A stretch of DNA of 27,864 bases, from positions 1 through 27,864 of the forward strand of contig JBGPZN010000001.1 of the NCBI GenBank assembly GCA_041493815.1, written 5' to 3'. The stretch comes from Candidatus Methylomirabilia bacterium (GTDB taxonomy: Bacteria > Methylomirabilota > Methylomirabilia > Rokubacteriales > CSP1-6). The notes below the pieces were generated by a model. The model did no database searches. It was not told the origin of the DNA and saw nothing but the letters and a program-made list of their open reading frames with translations. Of the stretch, positions 1-7,655 are shown in pieces. A program made the position numbers and the translations under genes. Within the stretch, counting starts at the first letter, position 1. The number at the start of each line of letters is the position of its first letter.

Positions 1-206
1 AAGACGCCGTCGGTGAACCGGGCGTGGGCGCGGATGTTGACGGCCACGCGGGCGCGGCCGATGCGCTTGATCAGCTCGGCCTCGTCGTCGGCGCCGCGGG
101 CCGTGACCACGTGCGTCGCGCCGATCTTCTTGGCGCGCTCGTGGGCGGCCGAGTTCTCGAAGACGCTCGGGAAATCGTCGGGGACGGAGACGAGCGCGTC
201 CGGCAT
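1..206 (-). CDS. D-2-hydroxyacid dehydrogenase family protein (SerA/HprA-like), N-terminal part; runs off window start
   Basis: Manual translation from ATG at 206: MPDALVSVPDDFPSVFENSAAHERAKKIGATHVVTARGADDEAELIKRIGRARVAVNIRAHARFTDGV, resembling the substrate-binding N-domain of this family. ATG abuts the aminotransferase stop (TAGATG). Not in the ORF track. Confidence 0.65.
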   Translation of the reverse strand, partial: MPDALVSVPDDFPSVFENSAAHERAKKIGATHVVTARGADDEAELIKRIGRARVAVNIRAHARFTDGV

Positions 207-1427
207 CTACGCCGCGCTCGCGAAGGCGGCCTGGGCGGCGGCGACGCCGGCGCCGGGCTCGGCCTTGTAGCCGAGGTCGCGCAGGGCGAGCTCCAGCGCG
301 GAGAGCGCCGGCAGCACGTAGAGCGGACTGGCCGTGATGCCCATGGTCCCGATGCGCAGGGTCGTCGCGCGGATCTTGTCGAGCCCGGTGCCGATCAGGA
401 TGCCGTAGCGGTCGCGCATCGTGGTGACGACGGCGTCGGTGTCGATGCCCTTCGGCGCCTTGATCGACGACACCGTGTTCGACACGATCGAGGCGTCGGG
501 GAACATCTCGAGCCCCATCGCGGCGGCGCCGGCCCGCAGCGCGCCGGCCGCCACCGCGTGACGGCGGAAGCGGTGCGGGAGTCCCTCCTCCAGGATGAGC
601 CGCACGGCGACGCGCATGGCCGCGGTGAGGTGGGTGGGGATCGAGACCGGTTGCCGCCGCGGCGTGCCGTCCGGCACCTTGCCGCCGCGCGAGACCGGCA
701 TCCACTGATCGCGCCAGCGCAGCAGGTCGTAGGCGTAGGAGCGCGCCGGGGTCTTCCGCCGGTCCATCGCCTCCCACGCGCGGGGGCTCACCGAGACCAG
801 CGACAGCCCGAGCGGCGCCGCCAGGCACTTCTGGGAGCCTGTCATGTTGAGATCGACGCCCCACTCGTCGGTGCGCACGTCGATGCCGGCGATCGAGGAC
901 ACGGTGTCGAGCAGGAACAGGCTCCCGGTGGCGCGGGCGATCCGGCCGACCTCGGCCGCCGGATAGGTGGTGCCGGTCGACGTCTCGTTGTGCACGAGCG
1001 TGATGGCTTTGGGCTGGAGCCGCTCGGCCTCACGCGCCAGCCGGTCGAGGTCGAGCCGGCCACCCCACTCGACGGGGAACTCCGTCATCTCGGCGCCGAC
1101 CCGGCCCATGATCTCGCGCATGAGGACGCCGAAGACGCCGGCGCCGACCACGAGCACACGATCACCCGGCTCGATGACCGACAGCGCGCCGGCCTCCAGC
1201 GCGGTGCGACCGGAGCCCGGCATGAGGATGACCTCGCCCGTCGTCTGGAACACCTCGCGCAGCGCCAGCGTGGTCGGCTCCAGCACGCCCTCGTCGAAGC
1301 CGCGATCGTACTGGATGGAGGGCGGCTGGTTCATCGCCTGGATCACCGGCCACGGTAGCTCGGTGGGGCCGGGGATCATCAGGATGGGGCGCGTCTGCAC
1401 CTGAGCCCAGTTCAGCGTCGAGGCCAC
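207..1427 (-). CDS. Class V PLP-dependent aminotransferase (alanine/serine-glyoxylate aminotransferase family)
   Basis: LMIPGPT N-terminal motif, VHNETSTG, DTVSS, TGSQKCL (PLP lysine), LRIGTMG; SD-like AGGAGAG upstream of GTG. Confidence 0.92.
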   Translation of the reverse strand: MASTLNWAQVQTRPILMIPGPTELPWPVIQAMNQPPSIQYDRGFDEGVLEPTTLALREVFQTTGEVILMPGSGRTALEAGALSVIEPGDRVLVVGAGVFGVLMREIMGRVGAEMTEFPVEWGGRLDLDRLAREAERLQPKAITLVHNETSTGTTYPAAEVGRIARATGSLFLLDTVSSIAGIDVRTDEWGVDLNMTGSQKCLAAPLGLSLVSVSPRAWEAMDRRKTPARSYAYDLLRWRDQWMPVSRGGKVPDGTPRRQPVSIPTHLTAAMRVAVRLILEEGLPHRFRRHAVAAGALRAGAAAMGLEMFPDASIVSNTVSSIKAPKGIDTDAVVTTMRDRYGILIGTGLDKIRATTLRIGTMGITASPLYVLPALSALELALRDLGYKAEPGAGVAAAQAAFASAA

Positions 1428-1457
1428 GTCGTCTCTCCTGTGGGGAAAAGTGTCGCC

Positions 1458-1466
1458 ATTCTATCA
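1458..1466 (-). promoter_or_regulatory. Putative extended -10 promoter (TGATAGAAT) for the aminotransferase operon
   Basis: Minus strand reads TG-A-TAGAAT; the TGA is also the stop codon of the upstream gene. Confidence 0.5.
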
Positions 1467-1748
1467 CCCGGATTGCTTGGCCAGCGGACCCGGCGCGCGC
1501 CGGATGAAGTAGAGGTTGCGAGCGTACACCAACAGGCCGGCGCCCTGGCCGAGGATGAACACGGGATCCTGCCGGTAGATCGCGTAGGCCAGCAGCATGA
1601 GGCCGCCGCCGACCGAGAAGTACCAGAAATGCACCGGCACCACGCTCTGCTTGCGGCGCTCCGAGGCGATCCACTGGACGAGGAAGCGGGCCGAGAAGCA
1701 CGCCTGTCCGAGCAGGCCGAAGCCGAGCCACACGTGTTCCGTCATCAT
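1464..1748 (-). CDS. Lipid-A-disaccharide synthase N-terminal domain (LAB_N) small membrane protein
   Basis: GLLGQACFSARFLVQWIASERRKQSVVPVHFWYFS...DPVFILGQ...YARNL is the typical LAB_N signature; 3 hydrophobic segments. Confidence 0.9.
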   Translation of the reverse strand: MMTEHVWLGFGLLGQACFSARFLVQWIASERRKQSVVPVHFWYFSVGGGLMLLAYAIYRQDPVFILGQGAGLLVYARNLYFIRRAPGPLAKQSG

Positions 1749-1805
1749 CGTGGGGACACCTCACAGAGAAGTAGGGACACGGGGCGGCGCGGGGCCGCCC
1801 GCCAG

Positions 1806-2162
1806 CTACGACGCGCGCCCGAACATCGCTTGTAAGACTCTGTACGCCTTGCGGAGATCCTCGGGTCGGCGGCGGCCGGAGACGAGCGCGAAGATCTTCT
1901 CGGCCTCCTCGGTGGGCACGCTGGCCGGCTTGTCAGCGCGGACATCGGTGAGATCGCGCAGCGGGATGTCGAGGGCGACCGAGACGTGGTAGAGGCTGTC
2001 GATCGAGATCGACTTCTCGCCGCGCTCCACCTCGCCGATGAACTTGCCGCTCAGTCCAGCCCGTTCGCCCAGGCGCTCTTGGCTCAACCCATGCTGCTTG
2101 CGGAGGGCGCGCAGGCGCTGCCCCAGAAACTTCCGAACGTGCTTGACGGCTCTCTCTCCCAC
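1806..2162 (-). CDS. XRE/Cro-family helix-turn-helix transcriptional regulator
   Basis: LGQRLRALRKQHGLSQERLGERAGLSGKFIGEVERGEKSISIDSL HTH_3 pattern; GAGGGG upstream of GTG. Confidence 0.9.
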   Translation of the reverse strand: MGERAVKHVRKFLGQRLRALRKQHGLSQERLGERAGLSGKFIGEVERGEKSISIDSLYHVSVALDIPLRDLTDVRADKPASVPTEEAEKIFALVSGRRRPEDLRKAYRVLQAMFGRAS

Positions 2163-2218
2163 GACAACCCCTCAGGTCGCTATAAATTTCGTGCCGGGGA
2201 CCGGCGTTCAGGAACTTC

Positions 2219-2246
2219 AGCCTACCAGCCGCAGCGTTTTCGGCAA
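2219..2246 (-). promoter_or_regulatory. Putative sigma70-type promoter for the XRE gene
   Basis: Minus strand TTGCCG-16 nt-TAGGCT with TG in the extended -10 position. Confidence 0.35.
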
Positions 2247-2298
2247 CCCCCCGGAGGTGGCCTCGCCGCCGCGCCTTTGAACTATTGAGCACGACCAC

Positions 2299-2607
2299 TC
2301 ACGGCAGGTCGACCTCGACGACGCCGCCGGTGAGGCGGGCGGCGTACACGGGCACCGCGAGATCCGGGTCCACGTTGCAGCGGCCCGTGGCCAGGTCGAA
2401 GTCGAAGCCGTGCCACGGACACACGACGGCGCCGCCCTCGAGCCATCCCTCGCTGAGCGGGCCGTCCTCGTGAGGACAGGTGGGCCCGGTGGCATAGAAG
2501 CGGCCGTCGCCGGCGTTGAACACCGCCAGCGGCAGGCCGTCGCGCTCGACGAAGGCGCCGTGGCCGACCGGGATCTCGTCCGCGCGCCCCACCGGCACGA
2601 ACGCCAT
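2299..2607 (-). CDS. Rieske [2Fe-2S] ferredoxin (102 aa)
   Basis: CPHEDGPL...CPWHG (CxH/CxxH) ligands; ATG overlaps upstream stop (TGATG). C-terminal part of track ORF 2299..3303. Confidence 0.92.
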   Translation of the reverse strand: MAFVPVGRADEIPVGHGAFVERDGLPLAVFNAGDGRFYATGPTCPHEDGPLSEGWLEGGAVVCPWHGFDFDLATGRCNVDPDLAVPVYAARLTGGVVEVDLP

Positions 2608-3242
2608 CAGCGGGCCGCGAGCGCGTCGTCGATGACGCCGCGGAAGTTCTCGACCGGATGGGCGCCGACCAGCGGCCGGCCGTTGATGAGGAACGTCGGC
2701 GTGGAGCGCACGCCGAGCGCGCGCGCCTGCGCCACGTCGGCCTCCACCGCCGAGGCGAAGCGCCGCTCGTCCACGCACCGCGTGAACGCCTCGCGGTCGA
2801 GCCCGACCTCGACCGCGTAGCGGATCAGGTCGTCGCGCTCGAAGGCGGGCTGGGCGGCGAACAGCCGGTCGTGGTACGGCCAGTAGCGGCCGAGCGCGCC
2901 GGCGCAGCGGGCCGCCTCGTGGGCGGGGCGGGCCAGCGCGTGCGAGGGCAGGGGCAGATCCTTGAAGACGAGACGCACGCGGCCCTCGTATTCCTTCAGG
3001 ATCTGCTCCAGCGACCGCTGGACGCGCGCGCAGTACGGTCACTGATAGTCGGAGAACTCCACGATGGTGACCGGGGCCCTGGCCGGACCCTTGATCATGC
3101 TCGGGTCGGCGCCCGACTCCGGCGGCGCCTGTGCGTCGGCGACGCCGACCAGGACGGCCAGCAGCGCCACGAGCCACGAGGTCCGAATGGTGTAGACTCG
3201 CGACCGGCGGACGGACGAGAGGCGAACGCGGTTCACCACCAC
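2607..3242 (-). CDS. DsbA/DsbG-like thioredoxin-fold protein, selenoprotein (UPYC; TGA at 3039-3041)
   Basis: Track ORFs 3039..3242 and 2607..2978 are in one frame: ...VTIVEFSDYQ-TGA-PYCARVQ...FKDLPL...GVRSTPTFLING. TGA sits at the first Cys of CxxC; signal peptide-like N-terminus ending ADA; SECIS-like hairpin follows. Start is one of three GTGs (3242/3239/3236). Confidence 0.88.
3003..3033 (-). promoter_or_regulatory. Putative bacterial SECIS element of DsbA-like gene
   Basis: mRNA after UGA: lower stem CUGC/GCAG, upper stem UCCAGC/GCUGGA, apical loop GGUC starting 22 nt after UGA. Confidence 0.7.
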
Positions 3243-3246
3243 GCGG

Positions 3247-3255
3247 AGAATACCA
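3247..3255 (-). promoter_or_regulatory. Putative extended -10 (TGGTATTCT) for a leaderless dsbA-like transcript, overlapping the doxX RBS/start
   Basis: TATTCT at 3247-3252 (minus) lies 7 nt from GTG 3239; TG at 3254-3255. Confidence 0.4.
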
Positions 3256-3710
3256 TGGACAACGCGCTGGATCTCCTGCTCGGGACGTATCCGTCATGGT
3301 CACGCCTGGTGGTCAGGCTGGCGCTCGGCATCGTGTTCTTCGCGCACGGCGCCCAGAAGGTCTTCGGCTGGTTCGGCGGCCACGGCCTCAAGGCGACCAT
3401 GCAGGTCTTCCACCAGTACCTGAAGATCCCGCCGGCGGCGACGGTGCTGGCCGCGTTCATCGAGTGCTTCGGCGGCCTGGCGCTGATCGTCGGCTTCCTG
3501 GCCCGGCCGTCCGCGCTGGGGCTCATCGTCGTCATGCTGGTGGCCATCGCGAAGGTGCACTGGAAGAACGGCTTCTTCCTGGCGACCCAGCCCGGGCAGT
3601 CCAACGGCTGGGAGTACAACTTCGCGCTCATCGCCATGGCGCTGGCCGTCTTGATCGGCGGCGCCGGCGCGCTGTCCGTCGACTTCCTGATCCGGCCGCA
3701 CGGCGAGTAG
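3255..3710 (+). CDS. DoxX family membrane protein
   Basis: RLALGIVFFAHGAQKVFGWFGG...ECFGG...HWKNGFF...GWEYNFALIAMALAVLIGGAGALSVD; GGAG SD before ATG 3255. Confidence 0.92.
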   Translation: MDNALDLLLGTYPSWSRLVVRLALGIVFFAHGAQKVFGWFGGHGLKATMQVFHQYLKIPPAATVLAAFIECFGGLALIVGFLARPSALGLIVVMLVAIAKVHWKNGFFLATQPGQSNGWEYNFALIAMALAVLIGGAGALSVDFLIRPHGE

Positions 3711-3717
3711 GCGTGCG

Positions 3718-4080
3718 GTGGGCTTCATCGTCCGCGTGCTGGTCAACGCCGCCACCATCGCGCTGGCGGCGGCGCTCATCCCCGGCATCCACCTGGAGGG
3801 CGCGACGCCGGCGCTGCTGGCCGGCGTGGTCCTCGGCCTCATCAACGCGCTCGTCCGCCCGGTGCTGATCGTCCTCACGTTCCCGCTCACGCTGCTGACC
3901 CTCGGGCTGTTCCTGCTCGTGCTCAACGGCGTCTGCCTGGCCGCGACGGCCTGGCTGGTGCCCGGCTTCGACATCGACAGCTTCCTGTCGGCCGTCCTGG
4001 GCGCGCTGCTCGTCTCGGTGGTGAGCTGGGGGCTGACCGCGTTCGTGAGCGACCGGGGGCGGCTGGAACGGATGCGGTAG
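3718..4080 (+). CDS. Phage holin superfamily IV / YvlD-like 4-TM membrane protein
   Basis: ALLAGVVLGLINALVRPVLIVLTFPLTLLTLGLFLLVLNG signature. Confidence 0.88.
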   Translation: MGFIVRVLVNAATIALAAALIPGIHLEGATPALLAGVVLGLINALVRPVLIVLTFPLTLLTLGLFLLVLNGVCLAATAWLVPGFDIDSFLSAVLGALLVSVVSWGLTAFVSDRGRLERMR

Positions 4081-4085
4081 CGGCC

Positions 4086-6149
4086 ATGCTCCGGGTCGTC
4101 GGCCTGCAGATCGGCCTCATCTCCTTCGCGGTGCTGTTCCAGGAGTTGCTCCTCATCCGGTGGCTGGGCCAACACGTGCGGGCCCTCGCCTACTTCCCCA
4201 ATCTGATCCTGATCGCCTCGTTTCTGGGCCTCGGGATCGGCAGCATCGCGGAGGGACGTCGCTGGATCGGTGCGCTGTGGGGACCGGGGTTCCTGGCGGT
4301 GGTCGGGGCGGGACTCCTCCTGGGCCGGTTCGTGATCACGCAGGAGTCGGCCTCCGAGCATCTGTGGCTGCTCTACTACGACCTGCCCCCGACCGCCCCG
4401 GTGATCCGCGGATTGCGCCTCCCGCTCCTTGCCATGTTCCTGCTGACCGCGGTGTCGTTCGTCCCGCTGGGGCGGGCGCTGGCCGAGCGGCTGCAGGTCT
4501 TTCGCGAGGCCGGTCAGCCCCTGAACGGCTACCTGTGGGACATCGGCGGCTCCGCCCTCGGCGCGCTGGCCTTCGCGCTGGTCTCGTTCCTCGGCACTCG
4601 GCCCCTCGTGTGGTTCCTGGTGCTGGCGGTGGCGGTCGTCATCGGGCATTGGCGGCAATCACGGGCGATCGTGGGCGTGGGCGCCGTGGTCTGCGTCGTC
4701 CTCAGCGGTCTGTACGATCGCGCCGACGTCTACAGCCCCTACTATGCGCTGACGGCCGAGCGGAGGCCCGACAGCCCCGCCGTGGCCGTGCTCGCGAACG
4801 GCTCGCTCCACCAGTACGCGATGCCGGTGCAGCGGGGCGCCGACGTGGGCACGAGCTTCACGCGCCTTGCTCGCGACGGGTATCACGCGCCGTATCGGTG
4901 GCTGGCGCGGCCGCCGCGCAGCGTGCTCGTCGTCGGTGCCGGCACCGGTAACGACGTCGCGGTCGCTCTGGACGAGGGCGCCGAGCGCGTCGACGCGGTC
5001 GAGATCGATCCGCGGATCCTCGGCCTGGGTGCCGCGCTGCATCCCGACCGGCCGTACGACTCGCCGCGCGTGCGGCGCGTCGTCGCCGACGCCCGCTCGT
5101 ACCTGCAGCAGACCACGGAGGCGTACGACCTGATCGTCTTCGGGACCCTCGACTCGATGACCCGGCTGTCCGCGCTCTCCACCGTCCGGCTCGACAACTT
5201 CGTCTACACGGTGGAGGCGTTCCAGGCGGCGCGGCGGCGGCTGGCGCCCGGCGGGGGCCTGGTGCTCTACTTCATGGTGGGCCAGCCGTATCTCGTCGAG
5301 CGGCTGGGCGGGATGCTCGGCGAGGCCTTCGACGAGGCGCCGCTGGCCGTCATCGAGCACCACAACGTGTTCAACACGATGCTGATGGTTGGTCCCGCCT
5401 TCGCCGCCCACGACGCCGCCGCGCGGCGGGCGATGGCTCGCGCCGCCAACGACGACGCGGAGCGGCGCGTCGAGTCGTCGCGCGACGACTGGCCGTTCTT
5501 CTACCTGGAGCGCCGCGGCATCAGCGGCTTCTACCTCAGCCTGATGGGCGGCATCGCCCTGATCGCCGCCGGCGCCCTGCTCGGGGTCTCACCACGCTTT
5601 CGCGCCAGCGCCCGACGCTTGCGCACGGTCGACGGGGAGATGCTGCTCTTCGGCATGGCCTTCCTGCTGCTCGAGACCCGGGCCGTGACCGCGCTCAACC
5701 TGCTGTGGGGTGCGACGTGGTTCACCAACGCGGTCGTGCTGGAGTCGGTCTTCGTCGTGATCTTCCTGGGCACCCTGCTCAGCGCCCGCCGGCGGGTGCC
5801 GTTCGGGATCTGCCTGGCCGGCCTGCTGGTCTCGCTGGCGGTGGTCTACGCGTTTCCGCTGAACGCCGTTCTCGGCACGCCGGTCTGGCTCAAGGGCGCC
5901 GCCTCGCTCCTGGCGGCCGGCGCCCCGATCTTCTTCGCGTCCCTGTGCTTCGCCCAGCGGTTCGCGACGCGCGAGGACGCGGCGGCGGCATTCGGGTGGA
6001 ACATGCTGGGCGCGGTGCTCGGCGGCCTCGCCGAGTTCTCGTCCATGGTCGTCGGCCTCCGCCACCTCGTGGGCATCGCCGCGCTGCTCTACCTCGCCGC
6101 GGCCTGGCTCGAGGTTCGCCGCCGGGCCGTGTCGGCGCGACCGGCCTAG
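4086..6149 (+). CDS. Multi-pass membrane protein with central spermidine-synthase-like class I SAM-binding domain
   Basis: Hydrophobic N- and C-terminal blocks flank VLVVGAGTGND, VDAVEIDP, VADARSYL, YDLIVFG, ENFV-like DNFVYTVEAF and DDWPFFY motifs. Confidence 0.8.
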   Translation: MLRVVGLQIGLISFAVLFQELLLIRWLGQHVRALAYFPNLILIASFLGLGIGSIAEGRRWIGALWGPGFLAVVGAGLLLGRFVITQESASEHLWLLYYDLPPTAPVIRGLRLPLLAMFLLTAVSFVPLGRALAERLQVFREAGQPLNGYLWDIGGSALGALAFALVSFLGTRPLVWFLVLAVAVVIGHWRQSRAIVGVGAVVCVVLSGLYDRADVYSPYYALTAERRPDSPAVAVLANGSLHQYAMPVQRGADVGTSFTRLARDGYHAPYRWLARPPRSVLVVGAGTGNDVAVALDEGAERVDAVEIDPRILGLGAALHPDRPYDSPRVRRVVADARSYLQQTTEAYDLIVFGTLDSMTRLSALSTVRLDNFVYTVEAFQAARRRLAPGGGLVLYFMVGQPYLVERLGGMLGEAFDEAPLAVIEHHNVFNTMLMVGPAFAAHDAAARRAMARAANDDAERRVESSRDDWPFFYLERRGISGFYLSLMGGIALIAAGALLGVSPRFRASARRLRTVDGEMLLFGMAFLLLETRAVTALNLLWGATWFTNAVVLESVFVVIFLGTLLSARRRVPFGICLAGLLVSLAVVYAFPLNAVLGTPVWLKGAASLLAAGAPIFFASLCFAQRFATREDAAAAFGWNMLGAVLGGLAEFSSMVVGLRHLVGIAALLYLAAAWLEVRRRAVSARPA

Positions 6150-6913
6150 GCCGCGCGCCCGCCCTCTTCGGTCAGCGACGTGATGATGTAGGTGCCGCTC
6201 TTCTCGTCGCGCTCCAGCGTGACGATCTTCTGCTTGGCGGCCTCCTCGAGCAGCTTGCTGAACGTCGAGTAGCCGTAGTAGGACTCGTTGAAGGCCGGGT
6301 TCTTGCGGATCATCGTCTGCTTCACCATCGAGCCCCACAGCGTCTCCTTGTTCTCGCGCTCCAGGGCCTGGATGGCGTCGATGAGCTGGGCCATCGCCTC
6401 GGCCTTCTTCTCGGGCATCCCGCTGAGCAGCCGCGTCTTCTTGGTGTCGCGGATGAGGTCCTCGTAGAAGATGAACTCGTCGCAGTTGGCCACGAGCAGA
6501 TCCGACGAGGACGACTTGACGCCGAGCCCGATCACGTAGCGGTCGTTCTCGCGCAGCTTGGACACCAGCGGCGAGAAGTCCGAGTCGCCCGAGACCAGCA
6601 CGAAGGAGTCGATGTGGGTCTTGCCGTAGGCGAGGTCGAGGGCGTCGACGACCATGCGGATGTCGGCCGAGTTCTTGCCGCTGTAGCGTGACTGGGGGAC
6701 GTCGATCAGCTCGATGGCCCACTCGTGGAAGGGACGCTTGTACTCGGTGAAGCGGTTCCAGTCGGCGTAGGCCCGGCGCACGATGATCTTGCCCTTCTCC
6801 AGCAACCGCTCCAGCACCAGCTTGAGCTCGAACTGCTTGTACTGCGCTTCCTTGACCCCGCGGGCGATGTTCTCGAAATCCATGAACATCGCCAGCTTGC
6901 GTTCTCCGTTCAC
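6146..6913 (-). CDS. NYN (LabA/DUF88, PIN-like) domain protein with C-terminal OST-HTH/LOTUS domain
   Basis: AMFMDFEN, RAYADW, KNSADIRMVVDA, LVSGDSDFSPL, CDEFIFY; C-terminal FNESYYGYSTFSKLLE. GGAGGA SD 7 nt before GTG 6913. Confidence 0.9.
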   Translation of the reverse strand: MNGERKLAMFMDFENIARGVKEAQYKQFELKLVLERLLEKGKIIVRRAYADWNRFTEYKRPFHEWAIELIDVPQSRYSGKNSADIRMVVDALDLAYGKTHIDSFVLVSGDSDFSPLVSKLRENDRYVIGLGVKSSSSDLLVANCDEFIFYEDLIRDTKKTRLLSGMPEKKAEAMAQLIDAIQALERENKETLWGSMVKQTMIRKNPAFNESYYGYSTFSKLLEEAAKQKIVTLERDEKSGTYIITSLTEEGGRAA

Positions 6914-6961
6914 ATTGCGTTCCTCCCTGGCGCCGCACCCTCCGGTTGCGCGCGCGTGTCT

Positions 6962-6967
6962 ATTATA
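6962..6967 (-). promoter_or_regulatory. Putative -10 element (TATAAT) for the NYN gene
   Basis: Perfect TATAAT on minus strand in an AT-rich patch about 48 nt upstream of the start. Confidence 0.55.
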
Positions 6968-6997
6968 TGTCCGCGGCTCGACCCGTTCGTGAAGGTT

Positions 6998-7003
6998 TAT
7001 AGT
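6998..7003 (+). promoter_or_regulatory. Putative -10 element (TATAGT) for a leaderless oxidoreductase transcript
   Basis: TATAGT 7 nt before ATG 7011; no SD. Confidence 0.5.
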
Positions 7004-7010
7004 GAGCGAC

Positions 7011-7655
7011 ATGGCGAACGAGATCGATCCGGCCCTGGCCGCGCGGGTGCCGCCCGGGCAGCAGGTGACCACGAAGTGGCCGGTGCTCACCTATGGCCGG
7101 ACGCCACGCTTCGATCCCGCGCGGTGGACGTTCCGCTGCGTCGGGCTGGTGGAGCGCGAGACGTCGTGGACGTGGGAGGAGTTCCAGCGCTTGCCGCGCG
7201 TGACCCTCACCTCCGACGTCCATTGCGTCACCCGGTGGTCACGACTCGACAACACGTGGGAGGGCGTGCACGTGCGCACGATCGTCGAGGCCTGCCGGCC
7301 CCGGCCGGCGGCCAGGTTCGTCCTGCAGCACGCCGACCCCGACTACACGACCAACACGGCGATCGAGGATCTCGTCGACGACGACGTGCTGCTGGCCCTC
7401 AAGCACAACGGCCGCGACCTCGAGCCCGACCACGGCGGTCCCATGCGGCTGGTGCTGCCCAAGCTCTATCTGTGGAAGTCGAGCAAGTGGCTGCGCGCCT
7501 TCGAGTTCCTCGACGTCAACCCGCCGGGCTTCTGGGAGCAGAACGGCTACCACATGCACGCCGACCCGTGGCCCCAGGAGCGCTACTCCGACCAGGAGAC
7601 GCGCGCGATGCAGCAGATGCGCGCCGAGGCCGCGCGCAAGCTCCGCGACCGCTGA
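7011..7655 (+). CDS. Sulfite oxidase-like molybdopterin-binding oxidoreductase (MsrP/YuiH-like, no signal peptide)
   Basis: RVPPGQ...KWPVL, DVHCVTRWS (Mo-ligating Cys), HGGPMRLVLPKLYLWKSSKW, GFWEQNGYH..DPW. Confidence 0.92.
   Translation: MANEIDPALAARVPPGQQVTTKWPVLTYGRTPRFDPARWTFRCVGLVERETSWTWEEFQRLPRVTLTSDVHCVTRWSRLDNTWEGVHVRTIVEACRPRPAARFVLQHADPDYTTNTAIEDLVDDDVLLALKHNGRDLEPDHGGPMRLVLPKLYLWKSSKWLRAFEFLDVNPPGFWEQNGYHMHADPWPQERYSDQETRAMQQMRAEAARKLRDR

Noticed and set aside
24-1358. Long ORFs antisense to or out of frame with real genes (e.g. 24..1358, 3300..4658, 9455..11149, 11579..13318, 13665..15698, 18173..20056, 19608..21413, 24912..26201)
   Set aside because: Arg/Gly/Ala/Pro-rich translations without family motifs; expected shadow frames at high GC, each overlapping a well-supported gene.
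2607-3242. DsbA-like and (24518-24952) peroxiredoxin genes as nonsense pseudogenes
   Set aside because: Both stops are TGA at the catalytic Cys, both have SECIS-like hairpins, and neither shows other decay.
3718-4080. Holin-family gene as prophage evidence
   Set aside because: No endolysin, integrase or structural genes nearby; this family is common in chromosomal contexts.
6146-6913. NYN/PIN-like nuclease as a toxin or defence system
   Set aside because: No antitoxin or defence genes adjacent; NYN plus OST-HTH is a widespread housekeeping-type architecture.
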